64,000 nt of DNA. Source: Tubiluchus corallicola. Taxonomy: Eukaryota; Animalia; Priapulida. The DNA is taken from assembly GCA_030141605.1 (NCBI GenBank), contig JAQGDQ010000046.1:620001-684000 (forward strand), written 5' to 3'. Below are positions 41,101-52,800 of this stretch, in pieces. Every line of letters begins with the position of its first letter. The stretch's first letter is position 1. The translations under genes and the position numbers were made by a program. The notes beneath the pieces were generated by a model. It was not told where the DNA came from, made no database searches, and saw only the letters and a program-made list of their open reading frames with translations.

Positions 41101-43968
41101 AGTTAATTTCATGGAAATAAATGGGGTTAATTATATCGATAAACAGCTAATAACGGCCTTATGCCATCAGGACCAGGCATCAAATAACTTGTAATACTTC
41201 CTCAGTTCCAGCGTTGTCCTGCAACTATGTCAAGCGCGGACACTTTAGCATCAAGGTTCTGACAAGCTACGATACCAGCAGTAGCACTTTCTGCCAATTA
41301 TTTTGCCAAAAGCATTGAATGTATAGATTGGATATCAGCTCTGGATATGAAGAACAACTTCTAAGAAGACCATCTCGATCTTGAAACCAACCTGCTATCC
41401 CCGCCATGTGCATCATCTTTACTCATATTAGCATTAGTGTTAGCATTTGCCCGTTTTCCATGAGACAAAACGAACTGCATATGAACGAAATGGCGCGGAA
41501 CACATTGCATTAATTACATACATAAGCTTAAACTGATAATGTCTGTAAAAACCTCAAAAAGTACAGTAAACACATGAAATGTCCTATTAGCCCTCAATGA
41601 ATAAGTTAAAAATCTTTCTCGAACATATGAAACGGCGAAAGCAAGATCATTTTATATTTGCTCGAAGCTGCTTGAGCTATACTTGTCCTAATATACTATA
41701 TTTGTTTTTCGTTTTTCGATGATGATGATGTTTTACGCCTGTATGCGGTTTGCCTTTGCATAGATGATATGCGGCATATCTTGCAACTATCAGTCACCCT
41801 ATCAACAAGAATGAACTGCATGAATATGAACAGGTCGAAACACCCCAAAATTATCATCGCTGTTTTGAACATGTATCCATAAATGCCACATCAAAACAAT
41901 TTATAAACTATGAAATGCTTGGTATTATAGGTGCTTTAATTTAAATGTCTGTCAAAAATATGTTGATGGTATAAGAGTGATGATTATGTGAACAACAAAA
42001 ACGTCGTGGCCTTATATAAAAAGTACGGTTTCAAAATTGACCCTTTAATTTAAAATTATCTAAGCTTGCATTCAGGACAATTAACAAATCTACTTTAAAG
42101 CTGTAGTATATAGACTACATATAGTAGCATTTAGACTGCATAAATCTATATCTAGACCTGCACAACTTGTGAACATGAGTAGTTTTCTCAGCTCTAACTT
42201 TCACCTTGGTACATATAAACTTGCAGCGTTTTCGATCAATTGTCAATCATCCTTGGCTGAGGGGGAATGACACGAGAAAAATCTTGGGCAAACATTGCCG
42301 GATCTGAATCTGACACACAAACCGGCACAGTTAAATAGAAATGTTGAGCCACTTTTTACACATCTGTCTAAACACATCATGTTTGTTGTAGCTTGTGACC
42401 AAACTTGGCGGCTTACGGCAGGTTTAAGTATATAGTCAACTATAGGGCAACATATTGACCGAGAGAGCGTCTGGCATAGCAATGTGTAAACTATATCAAT
42501 TACGCGAGACTAGAGTAATGGCTCAAACCAGTCTCAAATTCGCCAGCATATTGCTTCCGTGCCTTGTCATGTTTCCTAGCGTCTCATAAGGTGATACATA
42601 GCAAGTTAGCAAATCTATAAGTATATCGATTTTAATAGAAAATTTCAATTTTCGAAATCTATCTAGGCTCAGCTCTTCATACATTGTAACTTTGCGAGAT
42701 TTGGTTTCTGACAATGACATGCGACTATACCCGATATGGCCATAAGTATTACCACCATCTTCCGACTTTTGTAAACCGACAAATTAAAATGACTATTGAA
42801 TGCATAAATTCACTAAAATATCAGGTTTTCGAGAAATAAATACAAGCTCTAAGTTAAATAAAAGGCACGTCAAATAAAAATGCTAAAAATAAAAATCGAA
42901 TGAGATTACCTGGAACTTTCCTTGTAGATGTGTTTGTGCAGCGAGACGTATTTGTTAAAGACGTTTTTGTTGTATAACAAAAGCCCAAAAGTTTAAAAAG
43001 TCAACCCCTAATAACATTCAAATCGAGCACCTATTATATTACTTGTGCTAATGCCCTCTCTAATACACCATCTCTGATGAAGCGGGATGCAATCAGCCGT
43101 TAAGAGTGCAGAATGTTAAGTAGTTACAAAGAAAATCGTTATGCTGCAGAAGCATAAGCACATTCCTGTACTTTGTCAAATAATTTCTTTATTATATGTA
43201 CTGTTGTTTGGTGCCACGCGCTTTGTATACAACACACGATGTGAGCGTTTTGACAACATCTTCTTACAATCATACCTTTTAGAAAATTTACGTGTGGAGC
43301 GAAGAAATAGTTATATGGTCTTTGGTAATAGCACCCCCGAAGGTAAGCGGCTCTGGCCTTAGTTAATAAATGACTAAGTAGCTCCTGCAAAACTGTTTAT
43401 GCACGATTTCAACTGCCATACCGCCCGCCTCTCATTGAAGAAGAATGCACATAATCACACATTCGTACGTGGCAAAGACGCTGCTGGTTTAGCATCTCTC
43501 AGAAATGTCAGTTTCGATAATTAGTTAAGTACCAATGGGCCGCAACAGCTATTCAACATTTGTGTTAAATCCTGCGTTCGAAAGCAAAATTTTGGCTTAC
43601 AGTATACCAAGCTATTTAATAAATTATTAAGTTAAACTAGATATCCAATGTAATCTTCAGAAATTTGTCTGTCAATTTAAGTAAAAGATGGCGGACGTTT
43701 TCAGACGTTTTCAGACGTTTTCTTTGCCCAAATGTTTCTTTTAGGCGCATGTCATACAAAGTTGCAAAATCAATCCGATGGTATAAGTTCTACGTGGTTT
43801 CTATGTATATTGTACAGTCGCTATAACTTTAGTCCTCTTTCTTTATGGCTATGATAAAATTGCAGATGATCTGAAAAATAGTATACTTACATGTGTAAGA
43901 ATCTGAAGTTGTTCCACGTAGGATTTTTCTGTATCGTATAACTCTTTTACTATGTGTGTTCGAGTATC
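8500..43968 (-). CDS. ARHGEF17: Rho guanine nucleotide exchange factor 17-like; 20 coding exons traced, 5'-incomplete
   Basis: Exons join in phase to 901 codons. The DH motifs are ELYDTEKSYV and LLIMPVQRIPRYELLIKELLKHT. The propeller motifs are VWVCNSDGYVGQVC, STMWLGTEDGCIH, LLWIGTSAGVIL and HGHTGHVRFL. The C-terminus SGGDGFEDF...GRDDSTNHLLMWQV matches my recollection of ARHGEF17. Confidence 0.93.
10171..10341 (-). CDS. ARHGEF17: ARHGEF17 exon (CDDIIRQHKAACLRITALL...LWIGTSAGVIL)
   Basis: ttttag / gtaagt, 171 nt, phase 1-1. Confidence 0.93.
10930..11104 (-). CDS. ARHGEF17: ARHGEF17 exon (HTFPVC...GVWISVQNSAVIKIFHA...AVTKCLA)
   Basis: ctgcag / gtagta, 175 nt, phase 0-1. Confidence 0.9.
11397..11545 (-). 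CDS. ARHGEF17: ARHGEF17 exon (GGWDTNDP...GKLWCGCQNSILVVNTSSLSVE)
   Basis: ttacag / gtataa, 149 nt, phase 1-0. Confidence 0.9.
12242..12552 (-). mobile_element. Solo LTR, 311 bp (5-bp TSD, BEL/Pao- or Copia-type)
   Basis: Perfect termini TGTTGTG...CACAACA. Identical CTTAG flanks at 12237-12241 and 12553-12557. Minus-strand TATATAAG at 12473-12466 and AATAAA at 12299-12294, in U3-R-U5 order. Confidence 0.85.
12466..12526 (-). promoter_or_regulatory. TATA box with adjacent heat-shock-element-like nGAAnnTTCn motifs inside the solo LTR
   Basis: AGAAACTTCT (12483-12492), GGAACATTCC (12507-12516) and an in-phase TTC at 12523-12525. Confidence 0.5.
13199..13266 (-). CDS. ARHGEF17: ARHGEF17 exon (YLDNKVFISLANGNLCVYKRDS)
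   Basis: tttcag / gtaagc, 68 nt, phase 2-1. Confidence 0.9.
14416..14502 (-). CDS. ARHGEF17: ARHGEF17 exon (IHIYNCNDNIRIKKNKVKLQHTAAIHCI)
   Basis: tttcag / gtgagt, 87 nt, phase 2-2. Confidence 0.9.
14761..15490. mobile_element. hAT-like (TAGGGT-ended) non-autonomous element
   Basis: Ends TAAGGTTAACC ... GACAACCCTA; subterminal GTCCC motifs; 8-bp flanks CCATAAAA / TCTTAAAA match 6/8. Confidence 0.5.
15698..15836 (-). CDS. ARHGEF17: ARHGEF17 exon (...QQSTMWLGTEDG)
   Basis: tttcag / gtaagt, 139 nt, phase 1-2. Confidence 0.9.
16862..17025 (-). CDS. ARHGEF17: ARHGEF17 exon, acidic loop (LDANLRR...SDTSEDEADQRDSGG)
   Basis: ttttag / gtaagt, 164 nt; its phase 2-1 is required to bridge the neighbouring exons. 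Confidence 0.85.
17320..18040. repeat. Purine-rich low-complexity tracts including (GAGAG)n
   Basis: Direct reading; source of the spurious Leu/Ser/Pro ORFs. Confidence 0.9.
18143..18407 (-). CDS. ARHGEF17: ARHGEF17 exon, propeller start (PEFVKALPIRKTRAGLQFTCA...NARILCVASVP)
   Basis: ttccag / gtaagt, 265 nt, phase 1-2. Confidence 0.93.
18542..18639 (-). CDS. ARHGEF17: ARHGEF17 exon (DGIENISVLFWSAEKRLGWERDFLDAKEKLSK)
   Basis: ttgcag / gtaagc, 98 nt, phase 2-1; PH C-terminal helix with Trp. Confidence 0.88.
20024..20145 (-). CDS. ARHGEF17: ARHGEF17 exon (TLDELIRDMMEAVNKQ...LDLGVTT)
   Basis: ttatag / gtaagt, 122 nt, phase 0-2. Confidence 0.85.
20946..21318. mobile_element. Tc1/mariner-type MITE, 373 bp
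   Basis: 24-bp TIRs CACTCATATCTCGGTTTGCTTGAC matching 22/24, with TA on both flanks. Confidence 0.8.
21900..22195. repeat. Decayed trinucleotide (CTG/GAT/CAT) low-complexity region
   Basis: Direct reading. Confidence 0.6.
22880..22992 (-). CDS. ARHGEF17: ARHGEF17 exon (...NLEQDMHTLGRISDLASSLSISHE)
   Basis: ttttag / gtataa, 113 nt, phase 1-0. Confidence 0.85.
23865..23956 (-). CDS. ARHGEF17: ARHGEF17 exon, PH-like (...ESNKYKLLMKISLADLDIVK)
   Basis: tttcag / gtaagt, 92 nt, phase 2-1. Confidence 0.88.
24250..24359 (-). CDS. ARHGEF17: ARHGEF17 exon, PH-like (NHLGAKKERCMFLCSDLLIITTVKRKSG...)
   Basis: ttgcag / gtaagt, 110 nt, phase 0-2. Confidence 0.9.
24408..24445. repeat. (GAAA)n microsatellite
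   Basis: Direct reading. Confidence 0.9.
24840..24890 (-). CDS. ARHGEF17: ARHGEF17 small exon (LVQVDRTFVRYDIVTII)
   Basis: ttgcag / gtatgt, 51 nt, PH-entry-like sequence. Confidence 0.85.
25920..26300 (+). mobile_element. Decayed CR1-type LINE 3' fragment
   Basis: Translates to R*DLTEVYKILTRKENILPENFFDL, resembling the CR1 ORF2 tail motif RGDLIEVYKIL; contains stops and frameshifts. Confidence 0.65.
26423..26599 (-). CDS. ARHGEF17: ARHGEF17 exon, DH end (ELLKHTHIDHPDH...IEGLTD)
   Basis: ttacag / gtgagt, 177 nt, phase 0-0. Confidence 0.92.
27716..27808 (-). CDS. ARHGEF17: ARHGEF17 exon, DH (SCSREHRGKLSLDALLIMPVQRIPRYELLIK)
   Basis: ttttag / gtgggc, 93 nt, canonical DH motif. Confidence 0.93.
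29140..31105. mobile_element. Degenerate element with inverted GGTCAAAGGACCAC repeat arrays
   Basis: Forward units at 29144-29280 and reverse units (GTGGTCCTTTG, GTCCTTTGACC) at 31015-31105. Confidence 0.55.
30267..30879. mobile_element. CACTA/EnSpm-like non-autonomous element, nested
   Basis: Right end TGTAGTG is the reverse complement of CACTACA; left end is AACTACA. The imperfect TIR of about 50 bp shares TTTGGTGTAATT. No clean TSD. Confidence 0.5.
32365..32565. repeat. GA-rich low-complexity tract
   Basis: Direct reading. Confidence 0.8.
33645..33761 (-). CDS. ARHGEF17: ARHGEF17 exon, DH (FTKQPVIDTYTTFINNW...AFAKFLE)
   Basis: tttcag / gtatat, 117 nt, phase 0-0. Confidence 0.92.
34305..34435. 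repeat. Short tandem TTGTTACATAA repeats, probably TE subterminal
   Basis: About five copies visible. Confidence 0.6.
34936..35132. repeat. Long (GAT)n / (AAT)n compound microsatellite
   Basis: Direct reading. Confidence 0.98.
35412..35594 (-). CDS. ARHGEF17: ARHGEF17 exon, DH (KYLRPLK...IFFQIPEIL...VIVNS)
   Basis: tttcag / gtaagt, 183 nt, phase 0-0. Confidence 0.92.
37799..38826 (-). mobile_element. Candidate long solo LTR (Gypsy-like)
   Basis: Termini TGTTACGA ... TCATAACA match 7/8 as inverted repeats; minus-strand AATAAA near 37875; no clean TSD. Confidence 0.35.
39682..39878 (+). mobile_element. 5'-truncated RTE-clade LINE with 11-bp TSD
   Basis: Encodes the C-terminal zinc-finger-like FTCGDCGRDCHSRIGLYSHSRRC; 3' stem-loop CGTCT-TCAT-AGACG; TGGTGTTGATG at 39671-39681 and 39879-39889. 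Confidence 0.85.
43891..43968 (-). CDS. ARHGEF17: ARHGEF17 exon, DH start (DTRTHIVKELYDTEKSYVEQLQILTH)
   Basis: ttctag acceptor, gtaagt donor, 78 nt, phase 0-0. Confidence 0.9.
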
Positions 43969-46900
43969 CTAGAAAAAATCAAAAACTAAATTAGAAGTCA
44001 ACTGAATTAAAAATACATGCACTGCGTATATATATAAGTAAATAAGTGCATATAAGTAAAAAGTTATTTATGCAGTGCTTTAAACCAAAAACATCAATGC
44101 CACAGACTGCTAAATTAACTTGCGGAAAAGATACAGTGACGAACGCCAGAGATAGCCTCTATATAGCTGGAGCGAAAAGCCGCATATTGAACTTGCCTTC
44201 CCTGACTATTTGGGTGACGATGGAGTTGATATAAGTATCTTCATGAAAAATTTAAAATTGAAGACATTAATTTGATACATTTATTATAATTAAATGCTAG
44301 ATTGTTACTTCTTTCGAGAGTCGGCAACTCATTGCAACTTAAGAAATTAAAAGTACGAATTGTTAGAATTACTAGGCTTGATCATTTCTATACTAATAGT
44401 AGTAAATACTTGGAAATTTTTGTACTCCATCAGCTGACGAATTCAAGAATAGGCTTGGCTTGAAATGTGTGAACTAATTGTCAGTTATCTACTAAGCAAA
44501 CTAAAAATGAGTAGACATGAATGACTTGTTAATTATTACAGCTCTACTTTCCTGTAAAAAGCAGCAGCAGACTAGAGTAGCAAAGCAAAAAAAGTTTTCA
44601 CTGTTCAGTGTTCTGCACTTGCCTGATGTTCAATATCAGACACGTTTGCAAAATTGAAGCATGCTAACAAATTAAATAGTGCTAACGAAAACTCGAAATC
44701 CTCTTTTTCATCACTTTAATATCTGCACGCGCGCTTAGACACCTTCATGATGAGAGTAGGCTTCAATAGTATGAGAAAGTTGGTAAACTTATGACCCTTA
44801 GTGAATGAAATGAAACAGTGCCATTAGACATGTTTTTCCCGAATAGGACAGTGTTGGGGTTTGTCTATAAATTGATAGCTCGGACAGCTCACCACATAGG
44901 CTTGGGTTTAATCAATTTTATTAAAAAAAATCATAGATATTTTCAATTTCTTGCTTTAGCATTTATTTTCGCTAGCTAAATCACTAACTCAGAGTGATTG
45001 ATTGACATTTGTCGCTTGGGAACACCTTAATTGTTCAATCTGTAACCTACTCGCAATCAACACTCATTTTAAACAACTTGCTCTTCACGAATGGCGGGTA
45101 CAGCTTCACAACTCTACAAGCGCAATTTAGCAATTTATTCATTACTAGCCACCGCCACACATATGGATGCAAGTGTAAGTCTTACATCACCAGGCAAAGC
45201 TATGGCTTCCCAACACAGTAACAGCTGAAAATCACAGCTTGCCTTGTTGTTATGGTAACAAATTCCAGCCTGGATACACGAGGTAGATGCTGCTTAACAG
45301 CGATGGCGTGAATGTTTTTGTAAAGATTAAGAGAAATAACGTCAATAATTAGGTAATAAAACAATCATAAAAACCATTAAAAGGCTGGAAAATTGAAACA
45401 CAGCAAAAATAAAAATTCCTGATATTTTGATGGAAAAGACAGTTCATAATACCCACCAATTCGCAAAGACACTATTTAGGTGCTCTCAGCAAACTTGACA
45501 CAAATTCCGTATGAAATGTTCTTTTATAACACGAATTTTAATTTCCCGTGAAAACGCATTTCAGTAGCTGTTTTATATTTCCTTTTCAACAAAAAATATG
45601 TACAGTATTTAAAGTTCAAATGTTTTAAGATTTATGAAAAAATTAACTTTGAATACAAACCCTGATTAAGTTGAGCAATATCTGCTGTGTTTGTGCAGAA
45701 TGGCGACGGTGACGGCCACAGAAACTGTATCCGTCTTGTAATTGAATGTCCACTCGTTCCAACATCGGGTCACTTTTGGACCGCTTTTGACCGTTGCTCA
45801 ACATAGCTATAGTCTTTTGAGCAGACAGTTAGGCAAGAATTACTTAAAATTATTTTAATTTAACATGATATTAACGATAAACTACTAGCACCAGAACTAG
45901 ATGAATTTTCCAGACTCCTCCGATGTAATCCAAACACTTTCCGATGTTTTCAAACTCAAAAACAAAAAATGCAATGTTGATTATGTGATATAAATACTAC
46001 GCTTTGCAAGCAACGTGCTACACTTAAATTGCATCGTGTTTCTTTTTTCAATGTCACTCCTGCCTCTATTTAATTTTTAAGGGCGAACCACAAAACTCGG
46101 TCCAAGCTTTATAGTAGAACACGAAAGTTCTCACTAGCAAAATGATCTTGTTCACAACAGAAGACAGCAACTGAGTATAACGTTATTTACGTAGGTTTAC
46201 ATTCATGCATTGCGAATATGAACACACGATCCAGACAAGCAGGTGACTTCGAACGTTTGCTGTATTCCCACGTTCAGACTATAACTAATTTTCCCCGGAC
46301 ACCACTTTGTCGATTTTCAGATCAATCCTCAAGCGTAGACTTAATAGGGCTATAAAACAAAAATTTACGCTCAACGCGGGATTCCTGGAGCCCTGCACAT
46401 AGTTGAATCATGGATATACAGACGCACATCGTCATAATAAGAGCATAAAAGGCGTCACTATGGGCTTTCTCGAAAAAAACTGACTGCTGGAGACAACATC
46501 TACATTATCCACGGCAGTACATATACAGTAAACGTTCATAAAGCAGACGCTATGTTCATCGTCATTATAAAGCCACCGATAACTTCAATATCTGATTGTT
46601 GCATTAGCATTTGCAGCAATTTGCTGTGATTCTATTGTACGTGTAACAGTGACAATGTTATTAACAACTCGAAAACGAATTGAGATTATGATGTTGGCAA
46701 ACTCGATATTGTGCAAAAAATAGCACGGACGCTGCAAGAAAATCCGGACATGATAGTCTTTTCGACAATGACTATTTTCTCAGTTTGTTGCTTAACTTGC
46801 TTTTGCAAATTTAGAATAGTAATAAAATGACACTGAAAACAAACTGTTCCAGCGACGTGTCAAAAAGCAAACGGCCCTAAAAGGTTTACTTGAAAAACTA

Positions 46901-49820
46901 TAAAAATCGTTAAAATTATGTAAAAAAATATGCAAATCATAATTGGCACAACGCTCATACATCTTTTTTGTAGATCAGTTTACTCAGCTTTCGACTTTAT
47001 TATTACTATCAGAACGGAAAAATGCACATTGCACAAGTTTGCTGTATTATATTTCAGAATACTGAGGTTGAAGTGAATAATATAAAATTTCAGTAACACT
47101 ACATTACGCCGGATCTTCGATAATTTCAACTAAAGCACAAGGAAGATAATTGCACTGAAAAGGGAGGAAGCTTCTTCGTAGGGCGAATTTGATTGAGCAA
47201 GTTTCATGTGCGCTTAAGAAACAGAAAACTAGCCTCTGTTAAAACGAGGTTGAGGCTTAAACCGAAATCGTCAACATCTCACTTGAGCAAACTCTTTAAA
47301 AGTCAGAGGCAGTGTATTAAAAACACTTAATGAAGCCCACTTAACGGGCCTTTTCATTGAAAATTGTCATTCTCCAGCTTTTTATCGGATTTTATCAATC
47401 TAATACGGAGACCCTATAATCTCAGAGGCACAAATGCATGGAACATTCCTGCATTTAATACTGTTAAAATTGGGAATTTCGGATTTGGTTTAGGGTAACG
47501 ACATTATCTCTATCTCAATTTAAAAACTTATTAAAGGGCTTTGAATGGTCCCGCTTGTAAATGCGTTTTACGTGAGCATAACAGCTGGTAACACGTATTA
47601 TTCGTTCTGTAGTCGTTTATTCTGTGTCTGCCATAGTCTATTAGTAGTGTTTTATTAGCTACTATTGAAATACTAGATTGCACTTGTTTTAAATACTTCA
47701 GTCTAACTAGCTGTAAGCTATAACTGCATATTGGTACATACAACTTAGAATATATTGGTACATACAACTTAGACTATGTACTATGTTTTCCTGCGCATTT
47801 TATTGGTTTTGTTTTACGGACGGTAAGGAGACTCATGACTCGTGTTGTCTTGTTCATATTTCGTCTTAAAATAAATTATTACTTACGAAAACGAAAAAAA
47901 GACATTCCAAACTATACGACAAAGCACACTTTTTACAAGAGTTGCGCGCTATGCTAAATCTTTAACAAAAGAACTCGCTCCAATTCAATGCTGATAGGCT
48001 GAAAGGTCAACTGTAGTGCACTCGATAATTTGATTCATTTTATAGATGAATACTGCGCATGAATACATGTTCATGAAGCATGTTACACAGCTCACAATAT
48101 TCCATCTAGCCTTTTCGCACACAGCACATCTAATATCATTCTGCTCACTAAATACTACCCTAACGTCTGAGAAGAAACGCTGAAATCAAGATGGAAAATC
48201 CATGCTCCTCATTTCACACAATTAAACACTATATTCAATGGCTTCAGTAACTGGCGTCTCTGTGAAAAGGAAGTACATTAAATGGCTTCCAGCGAGACAT
48301 CAATCATCCGACCTCATCTTCAGCACTTCAAGATTCTCGGAAACCCGTTTACAGCGAGAGCGCACTGTGGACAACCGAGACCACAGATACAGAAAACGGC
48401 TTCATTGACAAACACACGGCGCGCTGTGACATCAAGGTTTCACATTACACGTTATTTCACGAATCAACCTCGCTAGCAATTTTCACTTAATAAGCATGGA
48501 CAAGCACACATATTATTTAATCATAACGCCTGGACACTGACACAATTATTATTCTTCAAAAAATTTGCAAGTGTCAGCAGTATAGATTAAAACACGATCA
48601 AAGCCGGCACGTTTCAAGTTAGAGTTTAAGACCTTGTCGTTACTCTTCAGTGTTATAGTCGTAAAGGTCAAGTCAGTACAAAAACAGAAAACACTTCAAG
48701 GTTCAAACTACAGTCAACTTCAAAACATACTTTCTGCCAACAGAAAATATATAAGAAGAGTTTTCGAAACGCCTTTAGAAAACTGTATATACTCATCCTA
48801 AAAAGCCAGCCGCGAGAATGTGTTTAACATGAAAGTGAGTACTAAATGAATAATGTCTGCATTGACCCAACACAACCGTGACAGCACTAGTATCGCTAAT
48901 AACTTGCCACTAACGTATTTGGCAAAAAGCTGACACTTCACTTTGGAGAAACGAATTTATTATGCACTACAAACGGCTCTATGACAGGATGAAAGTATGC
49001 TGGAAAACACTGCATTCCATAAAGACTATGACGTAAGCGAAAAAACAGCGAAGACTTCCAGAACGGCATGATGAATTCATAAGTAAATTATTCTCTTGTA
49101 GACATTATAATAGTAATCTTTTATAATCCAGTAAGCACATTTTTTCAAGGCAAGAATAGTTATTGTGTTTTTTCAAGACGGTAATAGTAATACGGGTGTG
49201 AAAATGTTAATTTGATGTCACAACGGTAATGACGGACCGGTATTTAGTTTTGTTCGCAGTGGTAGGTGGTTTTGATAGGCAGTGGGGATACTGGGGGCAT
49301 GTGAAGATGACAATACAACAACAGTATAGAATAATTATGCTACTATAAACTATTTGTTATGGTGGAGGAAGCAGCATTGGCACGTGTAAATTTTGCACAA
49401 TTTAAGAGCCGTCATAATACAAATAAAAAGTACCGATGCTAGTTCTATTGATTATTCATACGCACAGCGTTAGCTCCTGCGCTCCTGCGATGAAATAACC
49501 GCTCTCAGTCCACAATGTAATTACGAATCCACGAGGTATCCGCCGAGATTCTGGCAATCACTATTAGCTAAACATGCCTACCCTAATTGTCAACGTTGCC
49601 AACGTGGAAATCTTTAATCTGCTACGTGAAACTAATTACTCATGAAATCTCAGCCATTGCACTATTTAGCTATGAAGTTGGTAAACAGCTTCACAAAAGC
49701 CTCATGGTTTCGGACTACTACAGTTAAGCAATAATAATTACTGCTACATGAATATTTTATGTACCTTCCCTATTTGTCAAAGAACTTTTTCTAGAAAGCA
49801 TATGTTCTCATGATAGTGAC

Positions 49821-49832
49821 ATGATGATGGTA

Positions 49833-49882
<50 letters not shown>

Positions 49883-49898
49883 AGTGAAAATGATGATG
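49821..49898. repeat. (GAT)n microsatellite
   Basis: Direct reading. Confidence 0.95.
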
Positions 49899-52800
49899 TG
49901 GACGATTTGAAATTAAAAGATAAAGTTAGTTTACATAATAAAATAAGCTGTTCTTACCCACCAGTAAAAATCAACTACAGCATGCTATTCAACATACAAT
50001 AATGTTGAAAAAATAGCGAATGCTAAAATGAAGCATTAGATATAGTGGGAACATGTAGCCAGCAGGTTATCCGTCAGTCAGTCAGTCAGTCTGCCAGTCA
50101 AGGAGGACAAAAGGTAATCAGCCAGTTGGCTGCGAAACCTAGGATATAACGTTATAAAAGTTCACGTTATTAACTTTATTAAAGTTATATTATAACAATC
50201 TTTTAATTCTTTGGAGTAAAATTATGTGCACTTATTTCCATTCAGACTCTCTGAATCACTTAAGAGACTAATTCATTTCATCGCAGAGTTACGTGTTTTA
50301 TCTTCTAAAGGACGCGCGAAAAATCTGGCTACAAGGATTATCTAATTATCTTTCTGCACACCACAAAGCGACTCCAACAAAATCTTGGCTGCATTTGTTA
50401 ACTCAAAAATGTGGGCTAAGATTTGAATAAGATGACGGCTTCAAAATTATCCAGTTATAGTTTCAGCATGTCGTATTCACTATTCCGCTAGCTATGCCAT
50501 GCCTATCTAATATGGCTTCAGAATTCGTCACGCAAGTGTTTCACTGTTTTCACTAGTCAAACACAATAAAACTTTTCAGTGTCTCACGCCTAATATAAAA
50601 TATAATCATTCTGCTACGACAGACAATCCATTGAAGAAAAACACCCCCGTCACGTAAATTGTTATTTTGAACAAGTGGAGCGAGAGGTGAAATAAGACGT
50701 GCGTGTTGCTCCTCCTCAGCATCTTCAGACATCCACATATTCTGGCATTAACGTTTGGCTTCTGCAGCCGCAACGCGTTCATTTTTTATTCACATTCTCC
50801 CCGCCTGAAACTAAATGGCATGTTGACATTTTTCCATCAGCTGTTAATGCGTAGCAGTGTTACAGCCTGGAGAGGGTTTGCTCCTTTAATCAACCTCAAC
50901 ACGCTCGATCTAACGTCCCTATTTACCGATTCTATAACTATACACATCAGATCGCCAGGGAGAAATGAAGCAGCTCTTGCCATGCAAAACCGCGCATGCC
51001 TAAACGTGAATGTTAACTTTGGGAAAAATAAAGGAATTACCCAGACAACGCGCAAAAAAATAAATGTTTGGTTGTTTGGAAGTGCTCGTGAAGCATGTAA
51101 CTTTTCAAAGAGAAGTTTTAATAAAGAAGCATTACCTAACGGAATTTGAACTAAAATAGCAGCACCAATTTCAAATTATTGCTTTACGAAAGACGACGAT
51201 GCTAATGGCACTTGATTATTAACATTGAAATGAAAATGATAGTACAAAAGTGATAACAATACTAACATCGATTTTTCTAGTCTAGTTGGCTCTAATAATG
51301 ATCAGGTCTTGCCATAATTATTAACAAAAGAAGTAGACGCTGATGTATGTGTCAGAAACTCAGTTTGTAACGTTGCTGAACTACACAAAGAGTCTATTAT
51401 AAAGAGTTTTTAATTTCGATTGTTAGTGATTTTCGAGATATTTTCCAAAATTCTTTTTTGCATACTGTACTATAAGCCATGTACATAAGATTTAAAACTA
51501 GTGCCAGATTTTTGCTTGGGGTTGAAGAACTTTTAGCGATAAAACAGGAGCTTGTAAATAACTGTAAAACGGGTGCAACTGCTGAGGTCTTTTAACTGTC
51601 AAATATTTATTGCTGCTTTACAATCACTCACATTGCAGTACTATACACTTATATGTATGCATGTTACTTCACGAACCATATTGAATGCAACAAATAATGT
51701 TTTGTTTCTCAAGGATTAAATTATTCGTTCCATAGAACTAGGGAAACTTTTTGTTTTTTTCAAGAAGAAAGGAAGAAAAACGCTATTTACGACCAAGATG
51801 ATATCCACCTTTAATGGCTTTTCTGTATTACGCTACTTTCCTCACACAGCCACATTATTTAAGGAAATGCGTTAAACAGCAAAGTTTAGCTAGGCAGAGT
51901 GTTTTTAAAAAACTTTACTTTCCTTTTACCCTCCCCTCTTTAGAAATGTAAAAAAACAAACTATCACCTCATGTGGTATGTGTTTAAACTTGCAAAACTG
52001 TGTAAAGACTGAATGAGCATTTTACTGCAACCTACCAAAAAAATGATTCTCAACTAATAGTGCGCAAGAGGAGGTTGCTACGAGACGCAGTGTATTTCAG
52101 CAAACTACTTGTACGTTACTGGCATAGTCAGAATGCTTGTAAAGCACTCTTATGTTATAGCCTACACAGTATTTTTGCTACTCAATAAATAAATAATTCT
52201 ATGCCAGCTTGCGGGTTACGAGGACATAAACTCTTTGTTAATTATGCCGTATTATAAATATGTAAATTTTCTTTTGTCAACAGAATAGTTAAAATGTGAA
52301 ATAACCTAAAGCGTGCGATCATTTTTCTTCCAAGTAGAGGAATTGCGACCTGCTAGAGTTCTGCAGTTTTAATAGATTCATATGAAATCGTAATATATCT
52401 GTAACGCCCCGTAAGTGTCTTTGGCCTAGTGGTCCACCCTCTTCCATGTGTGTTTTACCGCTTTGTATTAATTGCGATTAATCCAGACTTTACTGAATGT
52501 AATTTGATTTGTTTTGGAAGGAACTGGAATAAACTAAACGAAACTAAGCTAAACAGGCATAAACGTTTGTGGTGTGTTACCATTTTTACGCTTTTTTTAT
52601 TTCGTAGGCTGTATAAATGCCGGGCAGAGTGACATGTAATATACATACTTCGCAAGAGAAGTAAGATAGTGCATCTTTACTGCAGGTGACGAAGAAACTT
52701 ACCTCTTGTTGACAATCAAGCCAATACATATACAGTGATTAGACGACCTAGGTACTGCAATTACAATTGCTGAACGGGGGCTACAGCGTTAGAGGAAGCT

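Noticed and set aside
8751-43890. U12-type or non-canonical introns
   Set aside because: All 19 traced introns are GT-AG and none has the GTATCCTT donor.
50553-51149. Longest free ORF (148 aa) and overlapping minus-strand ORFs
   Set aside because: No recognisable domain, a non-ATG start for the long ORF, and no convincing phase-0 donor to link to ARHGEF17.
52400-52582. TGTAACG...GTTACCA mini LTR-like segment with AATAAA
   Set aside because: The right terminus is imperfect and there is no TSD.
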